The translations under genes were made by a program, and so were the position numbers. This document shows positions 25,936 to 39,500 of a stretch of DNA of 64,000 bases, one piece after another. The stretch is from Eledone cirrhosa (Eukaryota), in contig OZ024758.1 in NCBI GenBank assembly GCA_964016885.1, positions 34,658,001 through 34,722,000 on the forward strand, written 5' to 3'. The notes under the pieces were generated by a model. It was not told where the DNA came from. It worked only from the letters and a program-made list of their open reading frames with translations, and did no database searches. Each line of letters begins with the position of its first letter. Positions within the stretch are counted from its first letter, which is position 1.

Positions 25936-28900
25936 GTAACTCCAATGTTGGTGAGAATTCATTTAAGTTCATGGTATTAGCTGTCAGAAGTAACTCCACT
26001 GTTGGTGAGAATTCATTTAAGTTCATGGTATTAGCTGTCAGAAGTCACTCCAATGTTGGTGAGAATTCATTTAAGTCATGGTACTAGCTGTCAGAAGTAA
26101 CTCCACTGTTGGTGAGAATTCATTTAAGTTCATTGTATTAGCTGTCAGAAGGAACGCCACTGTTGGTGAGAATTCATTTAAGTTCATGGTATTAGCTGTC
26201 AGAAGTAACTCCACTGTTGGTGAGAATTCATTTAAGTTCATGGTACTAGCTGTCAAAAGTAACTCCAATGTTGGTGAGAATTCATTTAAGTTCATGGTAT
26301 TAGCTGTCAGAAGGAACTCCACTGTTGCTGAGAATTCATTTAAGTTCATGGTATTAGCTGTCAGAAGTAACTCCACTGTTGGTGAGAATTCATTTAAGTT
26401 CATGGTACTAGCTGTCAGAAGTCACTCCACTGTTGGGGAGAATACATTTAAGTTCATGGTACTAGCTGTCAGAAGTAACCCCAATGTTGGTGAGAATTCA
26501 TTTAGGTTCATGGTATTAGCTGTCAGAAGTCACTCCAATGTTGGTGAGAATTCATTTAAGTTCATGGTATTAGCTGTCAGAAGTAACTCCACTGTTGGTA
26601 AGAATTCATTTAAGTTCATGGTATTAGCTGTCAGAAGTAACTCCACTGTTGGTGAGAATTCATTTAAGTTCATGGTATTAGCTGTCAGAAGGAACGCCAC
26701 TGTTGGTGAGAATTCATTTAAGTTCATGGTATTAGCTGTCAGAAGTAACTCCACTGTTGGTGAGAATTCATTTAAGTTCATGGTACTAGCTGTCAGAAGT
26801 AACTAAACTGTTGGTGAGATTTCATTTAAGTTCATGGTATTAGCTGTCAGAAGTCACTCCAATGTTGGTGAGAATTCATTTAAGTTCATGGTATTAGCTG
26901 TCAGAAGTCACTCCACTGTTGGTGAGAATTCATTTAAGTTCATGGTACTAGCTGTCAGAAGTAACCCCAATGTTGGTGAGAATTCATTTAAGTTCATGGT
27001 ATTAGCTGTCAGAAGTCACTCCAATGTTGGTGAGAATTCATTTAAGTTCATGGTATTAGCTGTCAGAAGTAACTCCACTGTTGGTGAGAATTCATTTAAG
27101 TTCATGGTATTAGCTGTCAGAAGTAACTCCACTGTTGGTGAGAATTCATTTAAGTTCATGGTATTAGCTGTCAGAAGTAACTCCACTGTTGGTGAGAATT
27201 CATTTAAGTCATGGTATTAGCTGTCAGAAGTAACTCCAATGTTGGTGAGAATTCATTTAAGTTCATGGTATTAGCTGTCAGAAGTCACTCCACTGTTGGT
27301 GAGAATTCATTTAAGTTCATGGTACTAGCTGTCAGAAGTAACCCCAATGTTGGTGAGAATTCATTTAAGTTCATGGTATTAGCTGTCAGAAGTCACTCCA
27401 ATGTTGGTGAGAATTCATTTAAGTTCATGGTATTAGCTGTCAGAAGTAACTCCACTGTTGGTGAGAATTCATTTAAGTTCATGGTATTAGCTGTCAGAAG
27501 TAACTCCACTGTTGGTGAGAATTCATTTAAGTTCATGGTATTAGCTGTCAGAAGTAACTCCACTGTTGGTGAGAATTCATTTAAGTTCATGGTATTAGCT
27601 GTCAGAAGTAACTCCACTGTTGGTGAGAATTCATTTAAGTTCATGGTATTAGCTGTCAGAAGGAACGCCACTGTTGGTGAGAATTCATTTAAATTCATGG
27701 TATTAGCTGTCAGAAGTAACACCACTGTTGGTGAGAATTCATTTAAGTTCATGGTACTAGCTGTCAGAAGTAACTCCAATGTTGGTGAGAATTCATTTAA
27801 GTTCATGGTATTAGCTGTCAGAAGGAATTCCACTGTTGCTGAGAATTCATTTAAGTTCATGGTATTAGCTGTCAGAAGTAACTCCACTGTTGGTGAGAAT
27901 TCATTTAAGTTCATGGTACTAGCTGTCAGAAGTAACTCCACTGTTGGTGAGAATTCATTTAAGTTCATGGTATTAGCTGTCAGAAGTCACTCCAATGTTG
28001 GTGAGAATTCATTTAAGTTCATGGTATTAGCTGTCAGAAGTCACTCCACTGTTGGTGAGAATTCATTTAAGTTCATGGTACTAGCTGTCAGAAGTAACCC
28101 CAATGTTGGTGAGAATTCATTTAAGTTCATGGTATTAGCTGTCAGAAGTCACTCCAATGTTGGTGAGAATTCATTTAAGTTCATGGTATTAGCTGTCAGA
28201 AGTAACTCCACTGTTGGTGAGAATTCATTTAAGTTCATGGTATTAGTTTGTCAGAAGTAACTCCACTGTTGGTGAGAATTCATTTAAGTCATGGTATTAG
28301 TTGTCAGAAGTAACTCCAATGTTGGTGAGAATTCATTTAAGTTCATGGTATTAGCTGTCAGAAGGAACTCCACTGTTGGTGAGAATTCATTTAAGTTCAT
28401 GGTATTAGCTGTCAGAAGGAACTCCAATGTTGGTGAGAATTCATTTAAGTTCATGGTATTAGCTGTCAGAAGGAACGCCACTGTTGGTGAGAATTCATTT
28501 AAGTTCATGGTATTAGCTGTCAGAAGTAACTCCACTGTTGGTGAGAATTCATTTAAGTTCATGGTACTAGCTGTCAGAAGTAACTCCAATGTTGGTGAGA
28601 ATTCATTTAACTTCATGGTATTAGCTGTCAGAAGGAACTCCACTGTTGGTGAGAATTCATTTAAGTTCATGGTATTAGCTGTCAGAAGTAACTCCACTGT
28701 TGGTGAGAATTCATTTAAGTCATGGTATTAGCTGTCAGAAGTAACTCCATTGTTGGTGAGAATTCATTTAAGTCATGGTACTAGCTGTCAGAAGTAACTC
28801 CAATGTTGGTGAGAATTCATTTAAGTTCATGGTATTAGCTGTCAGAAGTCACTCCAATGTTGGTGAGAATTCATTTAAGTTCATGGTATTAGCTGTCAGA

Positions 28901-31634
28901 AGTAACTCCACTGTTGGTAAGAATTCATTTAAGTTCATGGTATTAGCTGTCAGAAGTAACTCCACTGTTGGTGAGAATTCATTTAAGTTCATGGTATTAG
29001 CTGTCAGAAGGAACGCCACTGTTGGTGAGAATTCATTTAAGTTCATGGTATTAGCTGTCAGAAGTAACTCCACTGTTGGTGAGAATTCATTTAAGTTCAT
29101 GGTACCAGCTGTCAGAAGTAACTCCACTGTTGGTGAGAATTCATTTAAGTTCATGGTATTAGCTGTCAGAAGTCACTCCAATGTTGGTGAGAATTCATTT
29201 AAGTTCATGGTATTAGCTGTCAGAAGTCACTCCTCTGTTGGTGAGAATTCATTTAAGTTCATGGTACTAGCTGTCAGAAGTAACCCCAATGTTGGTGAGA
29301 ATTCATTTAAGTTCATGGTATTAGCTGTCAGAAGTCACTCCAATGTTGGTGAGAATTCATTTAAGTTCATGGTATTAGCTGTCAGAAGTAACTCCACTGT
29401 TGGTGAGAATTCATTTAAGTTCATGGTATTAGCTGTCAGAAGTAACTCCACTGTTGGTGAGAATTCATTTAAGTTCATGGTATTAGCTGTCAGAAGTAAC
29501 TCCACTGTTGGTGAGAATTCATTTAAGTCATGGTATTAGCTGTCAGAAGTAACTCCAATGTTGGTGAGAATTCATTTAAGTTCATGGTATTAGCTGTCAG
29601 AAGTCACTCCACTGTTGGTGAGAATTCATTTAAGTTCATGGTACTAGCTGTCAGAAGTAACCCCAATGTTGGTGAGAATTCATTTAAGTTCATGGTATTA
29701 GCTGTCAGAAGTCACTCCAATGTTGGTGAGAATTCATTTAAGTTCATGGTATTAGCTGTCAGAAGTAACTCCACTGTTGGTGAGAATTCATTTAAGTTCA
29801 TGGTATTAGCTGTCAGAAGTAACTCCACTGTTGGTGAGAATTCATTTAAGTTCATGGTATTAGCGGTCAGAAGTAACTCCACTGTTGGTGAGAATTCATT
29901 TAAGTTCATGGTATTAGCTGTCAGAAGGAACTCCAATGTTGGTGAGAATTCATTTAAGTCATGGTACTAGCTGTCAGAAGTAACTCCACTGTTGGTGAGA
30001 ATTCATTTAAGTTCATGGTATTAGCTGTCAGAAGGAACGCCACTGTTGGTGAGAATTCATTTAAATTCATGGTATTAGCTGTCAGAAGTAACTCCACTGT
30101 TGGTGAGAATTCATTTAAGTTCATGGTACTAGCTGTCAGAAGTAACTCCAATGTTGGTGAGAATTCATTTAAGTTCATGGTATTAGCTGTCAGAAGTAAC
30201 TCCACTGTTGGTGAGAATTCATTTAAGTTCATGGTATTAGCTGTCAGAAGTCACTCCAATGTTGGTGAGAATTCATTTAAGTTCATGGTACTAGCTGTCA
30301 GAAGTAACTCCAATGTTGGTGAGAATTCATTTAAGTTCATGGTATTAGCTGTCAGAAGTAACTCCACTGTTGGTGAGAATTCATTTAAGTTCATGGTACT
30401 AGCTGTCAGAAGTAACTCCAATGTTGGTGAGAATTCATTTAAGTTCATGGTATTAGCTGTCAGAAGGAACTCCACTGTTGCTGAGAATTCATTTAAGTTC
30501 ATGGTATTAGCTGTCAGAAGTAACTCCACTGTTGGTGAGAATTCATTTAAGTTCATGGTACTAGCTGTCAGAAGTAACTCCACTGTTGGTGAGAATTCAT
30601 TTAAGTTCATGGTATTAGCTGTCAGAAGTAACTCCACTGTTGGTGAGAATTCATTTAAGTTCATGGTATTAGCTGTCAGAAGTAACTCCACTGTTGGTGA
30701 GAATTCATTTAAGTTCATGGTATTAGCTGTCAGAAGTAACTCCACTGTTGGTGAGAATTCATTTAAGTTCATGGTATTAGCTGTCAGAAGGAACGCCACT
30801 GTTGGTGAGAATTCATTTAAATTCATGGTATTAGCTGTCAGAAGTAACTCCACTGTTGGTGAGAATTCATTTAAGTTCATGGTACTAGCTGTCAGAAGTA
30901 ACTCCAATGTTGGTGAGAATTCATTTAAGTTCATGGTATTAGCTGTCAGAAGGAATTCCACTGTTGCTGAGAATTCATTTAAGTTCATGGTATTAGCTGT
31001 CAGAAGTAACTCCACTGTTGGTGAGAATTCATTTAAGTTCATGGTACTAGCTGTCAGAAGTAACTCCACTGTTGGTGAGAATTCATTTAAGTTCATGGTA
31101 TTAGCTGTCAGAAGTCACTCCAATGTTGGTGAGAATTCATTTAAGTTCATGGTATTAGCTGTCAGAAGTCACTCCACTGTTGTTGAGAATTCATTTAAGT
31201 TCATGGTATTAGTTTGTCAGAAGTAACTCCACTGTTGGTGAGAATTCATTTAAGTTCATGGTATTAGCTGTCAGAAGGAACGCCACTGTTGGTGAGAATT
31301 CATTTAAATTCATGGTATTAGCTGTCAGAAGTAACTCCACTGTTGGTGAGAATTCATTTAAGTTCATGGTACTAGCTGTCAGAAGTAACTCCAATGTTGG
31401 TGAGAATTCATTTAAGTTCATGGTATTAGCTGTCAGAAGTAACTCCACTGTTGGTGAGAATTCATTTAAGTTCATGGTATTAGCTGTCAGAAGTCACTCC
31501 AATGTTGGTGAGAATTCATTTAAGTCATGGTACTAGCTGTCAGAAGTAACTCCACTGTTGGTGAGAATTCATTTAAGTTCATTGTATTAGCTGTCAGAAG
31601 GAACGCCACTGTTGGTGAGAATTCATTTAAGTTC

Positions 31635-34600
31635 ATGGTATTAGCTGTCAGAAGTAACTCCACTGTTGGTGAGAATTCATTTAAGTTCATGGTACTAGCT
31701 GTCAGAAGTAACTCCAATGTTGGTGAGAATTCATTTAAGTTCATGGTATTAGCTGTCAGAAGGAACTCCACTGTTGCTGAGAATTCATTTAAGTTCATGG
31801 TATTAGCTGTCAGAAGTAACTCCACTGTTGGTGAGAATTCATTTAAGTTCATGGTACTAGCTGTCAGAAGCCACTCCACTGTTGGTGAGAATACATTTAA
31901 GTTCATGGTACTAGCTGTCAGAAGTAACCCCACTGTTGGTGAGAATTCATTTAAGTTCATTGTATTAGCTGTCAGAAGGAACGCCACTGTTGGTGAGAAT
32001 TCATTTAAGTTCATGGTATTAGCTGTCAGAAGTAACTCCAATGTTGGTGAGAATTCATTTAAGTTCATGGTATTAGCTGTCAGAAGTCACTCCACTGTTG
32101 GTGAGAATTCATTTAAGTTCATGGTACTAGCTGTCAGAAGTAACCCCAATGTTGGTGAGAATTCATTTAAGTTCATGGTATTAGCTGTCAGAAGTCACTC
32201 CAATGTTGGTGAGAATTCATTTAAGTTCATGGTATTAGCTGTCAGAAGTAACTCCACTGTTGGTGAGAATTCATTTAAGTTCATGGTATTAGATGTCAGA
32301 AGTAACTCCACTGTTGGTGAGAATTCATTTAAGTTCATGGTATTAGCTGTCAGAAGTAACTCCACTGTTGGTGAGAATTCATTTAAGTTCATGGTATTAG
32401 CTGTCAGAAGTAACTCCACTGTTGGTGAGAATTCATTTAAGTTCATGGTATTAGCTGTCAGAAGGAACGCCACTGTTGGTGAGAATTCATTTAAATTCAT
32501 GGTATTAGCTGTCAGAAGTAACTCCACTGTTGGTGAGAATTCATTTAAGTTCATGGTACTAGCTGTCAGAAGTAACTCCAATGTTGGTGAGAATTCATTT
32601 AAGTTCATGGTATTAGCTGTCAGAAGGAATTCCACTGTTGCTGAGAATTCATTTAAGTTCATGGTATTAGCTGTCAGAAGTAACTCCACTGTTGGTGAGA
32701 ATTCATTTAAGTTCATGGTACTAGCTGTCAGAAGTAACCCCAATGTTGGTGAGAATTCATTTAAGTTCATGGTATTAGCTGTCAGAAGTCACTCCAATGT
32801 TGGTGAGAATTCATTTAAGTTCATGGTATTAGCTGTCAGAAGTAACTCCACTGTTGGTGAGAATTCATTTAAGTTCATGGTATTAGTTTGTCAGAAGTAA
32901 CTCCACTGTTGGTGAGAATTCATTTAAGTCATGGTATTAGTTGTCAGAAGTAACTCCAATGTTGGTGAGAATTCATTTAAGTTCATGGTATTAGCTGTCA
33001 GAAGGAACTCCACTGTTGGTGAGAATTCATTTAAGTTCATGGTATTAGCTGTCAGAAGGAACTCCAATGTTGGTGAGAATTCATTTAAGTCATGGTACTA
33101 GCTGTCAGATGTAACTCCACTGTTGGTGAGAATTCATTTAAGTTCATGGTATTAGCTGTCAGAAGGAACGCCACTGTTGGTGAGAATTCATTTAAATTCA
33201 TGGTATTAGCTCTCAGAAGTAACTCCACTGTTGGTGAGAATTCATTTAAGTTCATGGTACTAGCTGTCAGAAGTAACTCCACTGTTGGTGAGAATTCATT
33301 TAAGTTCATGGTATTAGCTGTCAGAAGTAACTCCACTGTTGGTGAGAATTCATTTAAGTTCATGGTATTAGCTGTCAGAAGTAACTCCACTGTTGGTGAG
33401 AATTCATTTAAGTTCATGGTATTAGCTGTCAGAAGTAACTCCACTGTTGGTGAGAATTCATTTAAGTTCATGGTATTAGCTGTCAGAAGGAACGCCACTG
33501 TTGGTGAGAATTCATTTAAGTTCATGGTACTAGCTGTCAGAAGTAACTCCAATGTTGGTGAGAATTCATTTAAGTTCATGGTATTAGCTGTCAGAAGGAA
33601 TTCCACTGTTGCTGAGAATTCATTTAAGTTCATGGTATTAGCTGTCAGAAGTAACTCCACTGTTGGTGAGAATTCATTTAAGTTCATGGTACTAGCTGTC
33701 AGAAGTAACTCCACTGTTGGTGAGAATTCATTTAAGTTCATGGTATTAGCTGTCAGAAGTCACTCCAATGTTGGTGAGAATTCATTTAAGTTCATGGTAT
33801 TAGCTGTCAGAAGTCACTCCACTGTTGGTGAGAATTCATTTAAGTTCATGGTACTAGCTGTCAGAAGTAACCCCAATGTTGGTGAGAATTCATTTAAGTT
33901 CATGGTATTAGCTGTCAGATGTCACTCCAATGTTGGTGAGAATTCATTTAAGTTCATGGTATTAGCTGTCAGAAGTAACTCCACTGTTGGTGAGAATTCA
34001 TTTAAGTTCATGGTATTAGTTTGTCAGAAGTAACTCCACTGTTGGTGAGAATTCATTTAAGTCATGGTATTAGTTGTCAGAAGTAACTCCAATGTTGGTG
34101 AGAATTCATTTAAGCTCATGGTATTAGCTGTCAGAAGGAACTCCACTGTTGGTGAGAATTCATTTAAGTTCATGGTATTAGCTGTCAGAAGTAACTCCAC
34201 TGTTGGTGAGAATTCATTTAAGTTCATGGTACTAGCTGTCAGAAGTAACTCCAATGTTGGTGAGAATTCATTTAAGTTCATGGTATTAGCTGTCAGAAGG
34301 AACTCCACTGTTGCTGAGAATTCATTTAAGTTCATGGTATTAGCTGTCAGAAGTAACTCCACTGTTGGTGAGAATTCATTTAAGTTCATGGTACTAGCTG
34401 TCAGAAGCCACTCCACTGTTGGTGAGAATACATTTAAGTTCATGGTACTAGCTGTCAGAAGTAACCCCACTGTTGGTGAGAATTCATTTAAGTTCATTGT
34501 ATTAGCTGTCAGAAGGAACGCCACTGTTGGTGAGAATTCATTTAAGTTCATGGTATTAGCTGTCAGAAGTAACTCCAATGTTGGTGAGAATTCATTTAAG

Positions 34601-35760
34601 TTCATGGTATTAGCTGTCAGAAGTCACTCCACTGTTGGTGAGAATTCATTTAAGTTCATGGTACTAGCTGTCAGAAGTAACCCCAATGTTGGTGAGAATT
34701 CATTTAAGTTCATGGTATTAGCTGTCAGAAGTCACTCCAATGTTGGTGAGAATTCATTTAAGTTCATGGTATTAGCTGTCAGAAGTAACTCCACTGTTGG
34801 TGAGAATTCATTTAAGTTCATGGTATTAGATGTCAGAAGTAACTCCACTGTTGGTGAGAATTCATTTAAGTTCATGGTATTAGCTGTCAGAAGTAACTCC
34901 ACTGTTGGTGAGAATTCATTTAAGTTCATGGTATTAGCTGTCAGAAGTAACTCCACTGTTGGTGAGAATTCATTTAAGTTCATGGTATTAGCTGTCAGAA
35001 GGAACGCCACTGTTGGTGAGAATTCATTTAAATTCATGGTATTAGCTGTCAGAAGTAACTCCACTGTTGGTGAGAATTCATTTAAGTTCATGGTACTAGC
35101 TGTCAGAAGTAACTCCAATGTTGGTGAGAATTCATTTAAGTTCATGGTATTAGCTGTCAGAAGGAATTCCACTGTTGCTGAGAATTCATTTAAGTTCATG
35201 GTATTAGCTGTCAGAAGTAACTCCACTGTTGGTGAGAATTCATTTAAGTTCATGGTACTAGCTGTCAGAAGTAACCCCAATGTTGGTGAGAATTCATTTA
35301 AGTTCATGGTATTAGCTGTCAGAAGTCACTCCAATGTTGGTGAGAATTCATTTAAGTTCATGGTATTAGCTGTCAGAAGTAACTCCACTGTTGGTGAGAA
35401 TTCATTTAAGTTCATGGTATTAGTTTGTCAGAAGTAACTCCACTGTTGGTGAGAATTCATTTAAGTCATGGTATTAGTTGTCAGAAGTAACTCCAATGTT
35501 GGTGAGAATTCATTTAAGTTCATGGTATTAGCTGTCAGAAGGAACTCCACTGTTGGTGAGAATTCATTTAAGTTCATGGTATTAGCTGTCAGAAGGAACT
35601 CCAATGTTGGTGAGAATTCATTTAAGTCATGGTACTAGCTGTCAGATGTAACTCCACTGTTGGTGAGAATTCATTTAAGTTCATGGTATTAGCTGTCAGA
35701 AGGAACGCCACTGTTGGTGAGAATTCATTTAAATTCATGGTATTAGCTGTCAGAAGTAAC
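31635..35760 (+). repeat. Block duplication, offset 2537 bp (47 monomers)
   Basis: Markers AGAAGCCAC (~31870/34407), AACCCCACT and TTAGATGTC (~32292/34829); ORF ends 32900/35437 and starts 33092/35629. Boundaries approximate. Confidence 0.88.
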
Positions 35761-36579
35761 TCCACTGTTGGTGAGAATTCATTTAAGTTCATGGTACTAG
35801 CTGTCAGAAGTAACTCCAATGTTGGTGAGAATTCATTTAAGTTCATGGTATTAGCTGTCAGAAGTAACTCCACTGTTGGTGAGAATTCATTTAAGTTCAT
35901 GGTACTAGCTGTCAGAAGTAACTCCAATGTTGGTGAGAATTCATTTAAGTTCATGGTATTAGCTGTCAGAAGGAACTCCACTGTTGCTGAGAATTCATTT
36001 AAGTTCATGGTATTAGCTGTCAGAAGTAACTCCACTGTTGGTGAGAATTCATTTAAGTTCATGGTACTAGCTGTCAGAAGTAACTCCACTGTTGGTGAGA
36101 ATTCATTTAAGTTCATGGTATTAGCTGTCAGAAGTAACTCCACTGTTGGTGAGAATTCATTTAAGTTCATGGTATTAGCTGTCAGAAGTAACTCCACTGT
36201 TGGTGAGAATTCATTTAAGTTCATGGTATTAGCTGTCAGAAGTAACTCCACTGTTGGTGAGAATTCATTTAAGTTCATGGTATTAGCTGTCAGAAGGAAC
36301 GCCACTGTTGGTGAGAATTCATTTAAATTCATGGTATTAGCTGTCAGAAGTAACTCCACTGTTGGTGAGAATTCATTTAAGTTCATGGTACTAGCTGTCA
36401 GAAGTAACTCCAATGTTGGTGAGAATTCATTTAAGTTCATGGTATTAGCTGTCAGAAGGAATTCCACTGTTGCTGAGAATTCATTTAAGTTCATGGTATT
36501 AGCTGTCAGAAGTAACTCCACTGTTGGTGAGAATTCATTTAAGTTCATGGTACTAGCTGTCAGAAGTAACTCCACTGTT

Positions 36580-39500
36580 GGTGAGAATTCATTTAAGTTC
36601 ATGGTATTAGCTGTCAGAAGTCACTCCAATGTTGGTGAGAATTCATTTAAGTTCATGGTATTAGCTGTCAGAAGTCACTCCACTGTTGGTGAGAATTCAT
36701 TTAAGTTCATGGTACTAGCTGTCAGAAGTAACCCCAATGTTGGTGAGAATTCATTTAAGTTCATGGTATTAGCTGTCAGATGTCACTCCAATGTTGGTGA
36801 GAATTCATTTAAGTTCATGGTATTAGCTGTCAGAAGTAACTCCACTGTTGGTGAGAATTCATTTAAGTTCATGGTATTAGTTTGTCAGAAGTAACTCCAC
36901 TGTTGGTGAGAATTCATTTAAGTCATGGTATTAGTTGTCAGAAGTAACTCCAATGTTGGTGAGAATTCATTTAAGCTCATGGTATTAGCTGTCAGAAGGA
37001 ACTCCACTGTTGGTGAGAATTCATTTAAGTTCATGGTATTAGCTGTCAGAAGGAACTCCAATGTTGGTGAGAATTCATTTAAGTCATGGTACTAGCTGTC
37101 AGATGTAACTCCACTGTTGGTGAGAATTCATTTAAGTTCATGGTATTAGCTGTCAGAAGGAACGCCACTGTTGGTGAGAATTCATTTAAATTCATGGTAT
37201 TAGCTGTCAGAAGTAACTCCACTGTTGGTGAGAATTCATTTAAGTTCATGGTATTAGCTGTCAGAAGTCACTCCAATGTTGGTGAGAATTCATTTAAGTC
37301 ATGGTACTAGCTGTCAGAAGTAACTCCACTGTTGGTGAGAATTCATTTAAGTTCATTGTATTAGCTGTCAGAAGGAACGCCACTGTTGGTGAGAATTCAT
37401 TTAAGTTCATGGTATTAGCTGTCAGAAGTAACTCCACTGTTGGTGAGAATTCATTTAAGTTCATGGTACTAGCTGTCAGAAGTAACTCCAATGTTGGTGA
37501 GAATTCATTTAAGTTCATGGTATTAGCTGTCAGAAGGAACTCCACTGTTGCTGAGAATTCATTTAAGTTCATGGTATTAGCTGTCAGAAGTAACTCCACT
37601 GTTGGTGAGAATTCATTTAAGTTCATGGTACTAGCTGTCAGAAGTCACTCCACTGTTGGTGAGAATACATTTAAGTTCATGGTACTAGCTGTCAGAAGTA
37701 ACCCCAATGTTGGTGAGAATTCATTTAAGTTCATGGTATTAGCTGTCAGAAGTAACTCCACTGTTGGTAAGAATTCATTTAAGTTCATGGTATTAGCTGT
37801 CAGAAGTCACTCCACTGTTGGTGAGAATTCATTTAAGTTCATGGTACTAGCTGTCAGAAGTAACCCCAATGTTGGTGAGAATTCATTTAAGTTCATGGTA
37901 TTAGCTGTCAGAAGTCACTCCAATGTTGGTGAGAATTCATTTAAGTTCATGGTATTAGCTGTCAGAAGTAACTCCACTGTTGGTGAGAATTCATTTAAGT
38001 TCATGGTATTAGTTTGTCAGAAGTAACTCCACTGTTGGTGAGAATTCATTTAAGTCATGGTATTAGTTGTCAGAAGTAACTCCAATGTTGGTGAGAATTC
38101 ATTTAAGTTCATGGTATTAGCTGTCAGAAGGAACTCCACTGTTGGTGAGAATTCATTTAAGTTCATGGTATTAGCTGTCAGAAGGAACTCCAATGTTGGT
38201 GAGAATTCATTTAAGTTCATGGTATTAGCTGTCAGAAGGAACACCACTGTTGGTGAGAATTCATTTAAGTTCATGGTATTAGCTGTCAGAAGTAACTCCA
38301 CTGTTGGTGAGAATTCATTTAAGTTCATGGTACTAGCTGTCAGAAGTAACTCCAATGTTGGTGAGAATTCATTTAAGTTCATGGTATTAGCTGTCAGAAG
38401 GAACTCCACTGTTGGTGAGAATTCATTTAAGTTCATGGTATTAGCTGTCAGAAGTAACTCCACTGTTGGTGAGAATTCATTTAAGTCATGGTATTAGCTG
38501 TCAGAAGTAACTCCATTGTTGGTGAGAATTCATTTAAGTCATGGTACTAGCTGTCAGAAGTAACTCCAATGTTGGTGAGAATTCATTTAAGTTCATGGTA
38601 TTAGCTGTCAGAAGTCACTCCAATGTTGGTGAGAATTCATTTAAGTTCATGGTATTAGCTGTCAGAAGTAACTCCACTGTTGGTAAGAATTCATTTAAGT
38701 TCATGGTATTAGCTGTCAGAAGTAACTCCACTGTTGGTGAGAATTCATTTAAGTTCATGGTATTAGCTGTCAGAAGGAACGCCACTGTTGGTGAGAATTC
38801 ATTTAAGTTCATGGTATTAGCTGTCAGAAGTAACTCCACTGTTGGTGAGAATTCATTTAAGTTCATGGTATTAGCTGTCAGAAGTCACTCCAATGTTGGT
38901 GAGAATTCATTTAAGTTCATGGTATTAGCTGTCAGAAGTCACTCCACTGTTGGTGAGAATTCATTTAAGTTCATGGTACTAGCTGTCAGAAGTAACCCCA
39001 ATGTTGGTGAGAATTCATTTAAGTTCATGGTATTAGCTGTCAGATGTCACTCCAATGTTGGTGAGAATTCATTTAAGTTCATGGTATTAGCTGTCAGAAG
39101 TAACTCCACTGTTGGTGAGAATTCATTTAAGTTCATGGTATTAGTTTGTCAGAAGTAACTCCACTGTTGGTGAGAATTCATTTAAGTCATGGTATTAGTT
39201 GTCAGAAGTAACTCCAATGTTGGTGAGAATTCATTTAAGCTCATGGTATTAGCTGTCAGAAGGAACTCCACTGTTGGTGAGAATTCATTTAAGTTCATGG
39301 TATTAGCTGTCAGAAGGAACTCCAATGTTGGTGAGAATTCATTTAAGTCATGGTACTAGCTGTCAGATGTAACTCCACTGTTGGTGAGAATTCATTTAAG
39401 TTCATGGTATTAGCTGTCAGAAGGAACGCCACTGTTGGTGAGAATTCATTTAAATTCATGGTATTAGCTGTCAGAAGTAACTCCACTGTTGGTGAGAATT

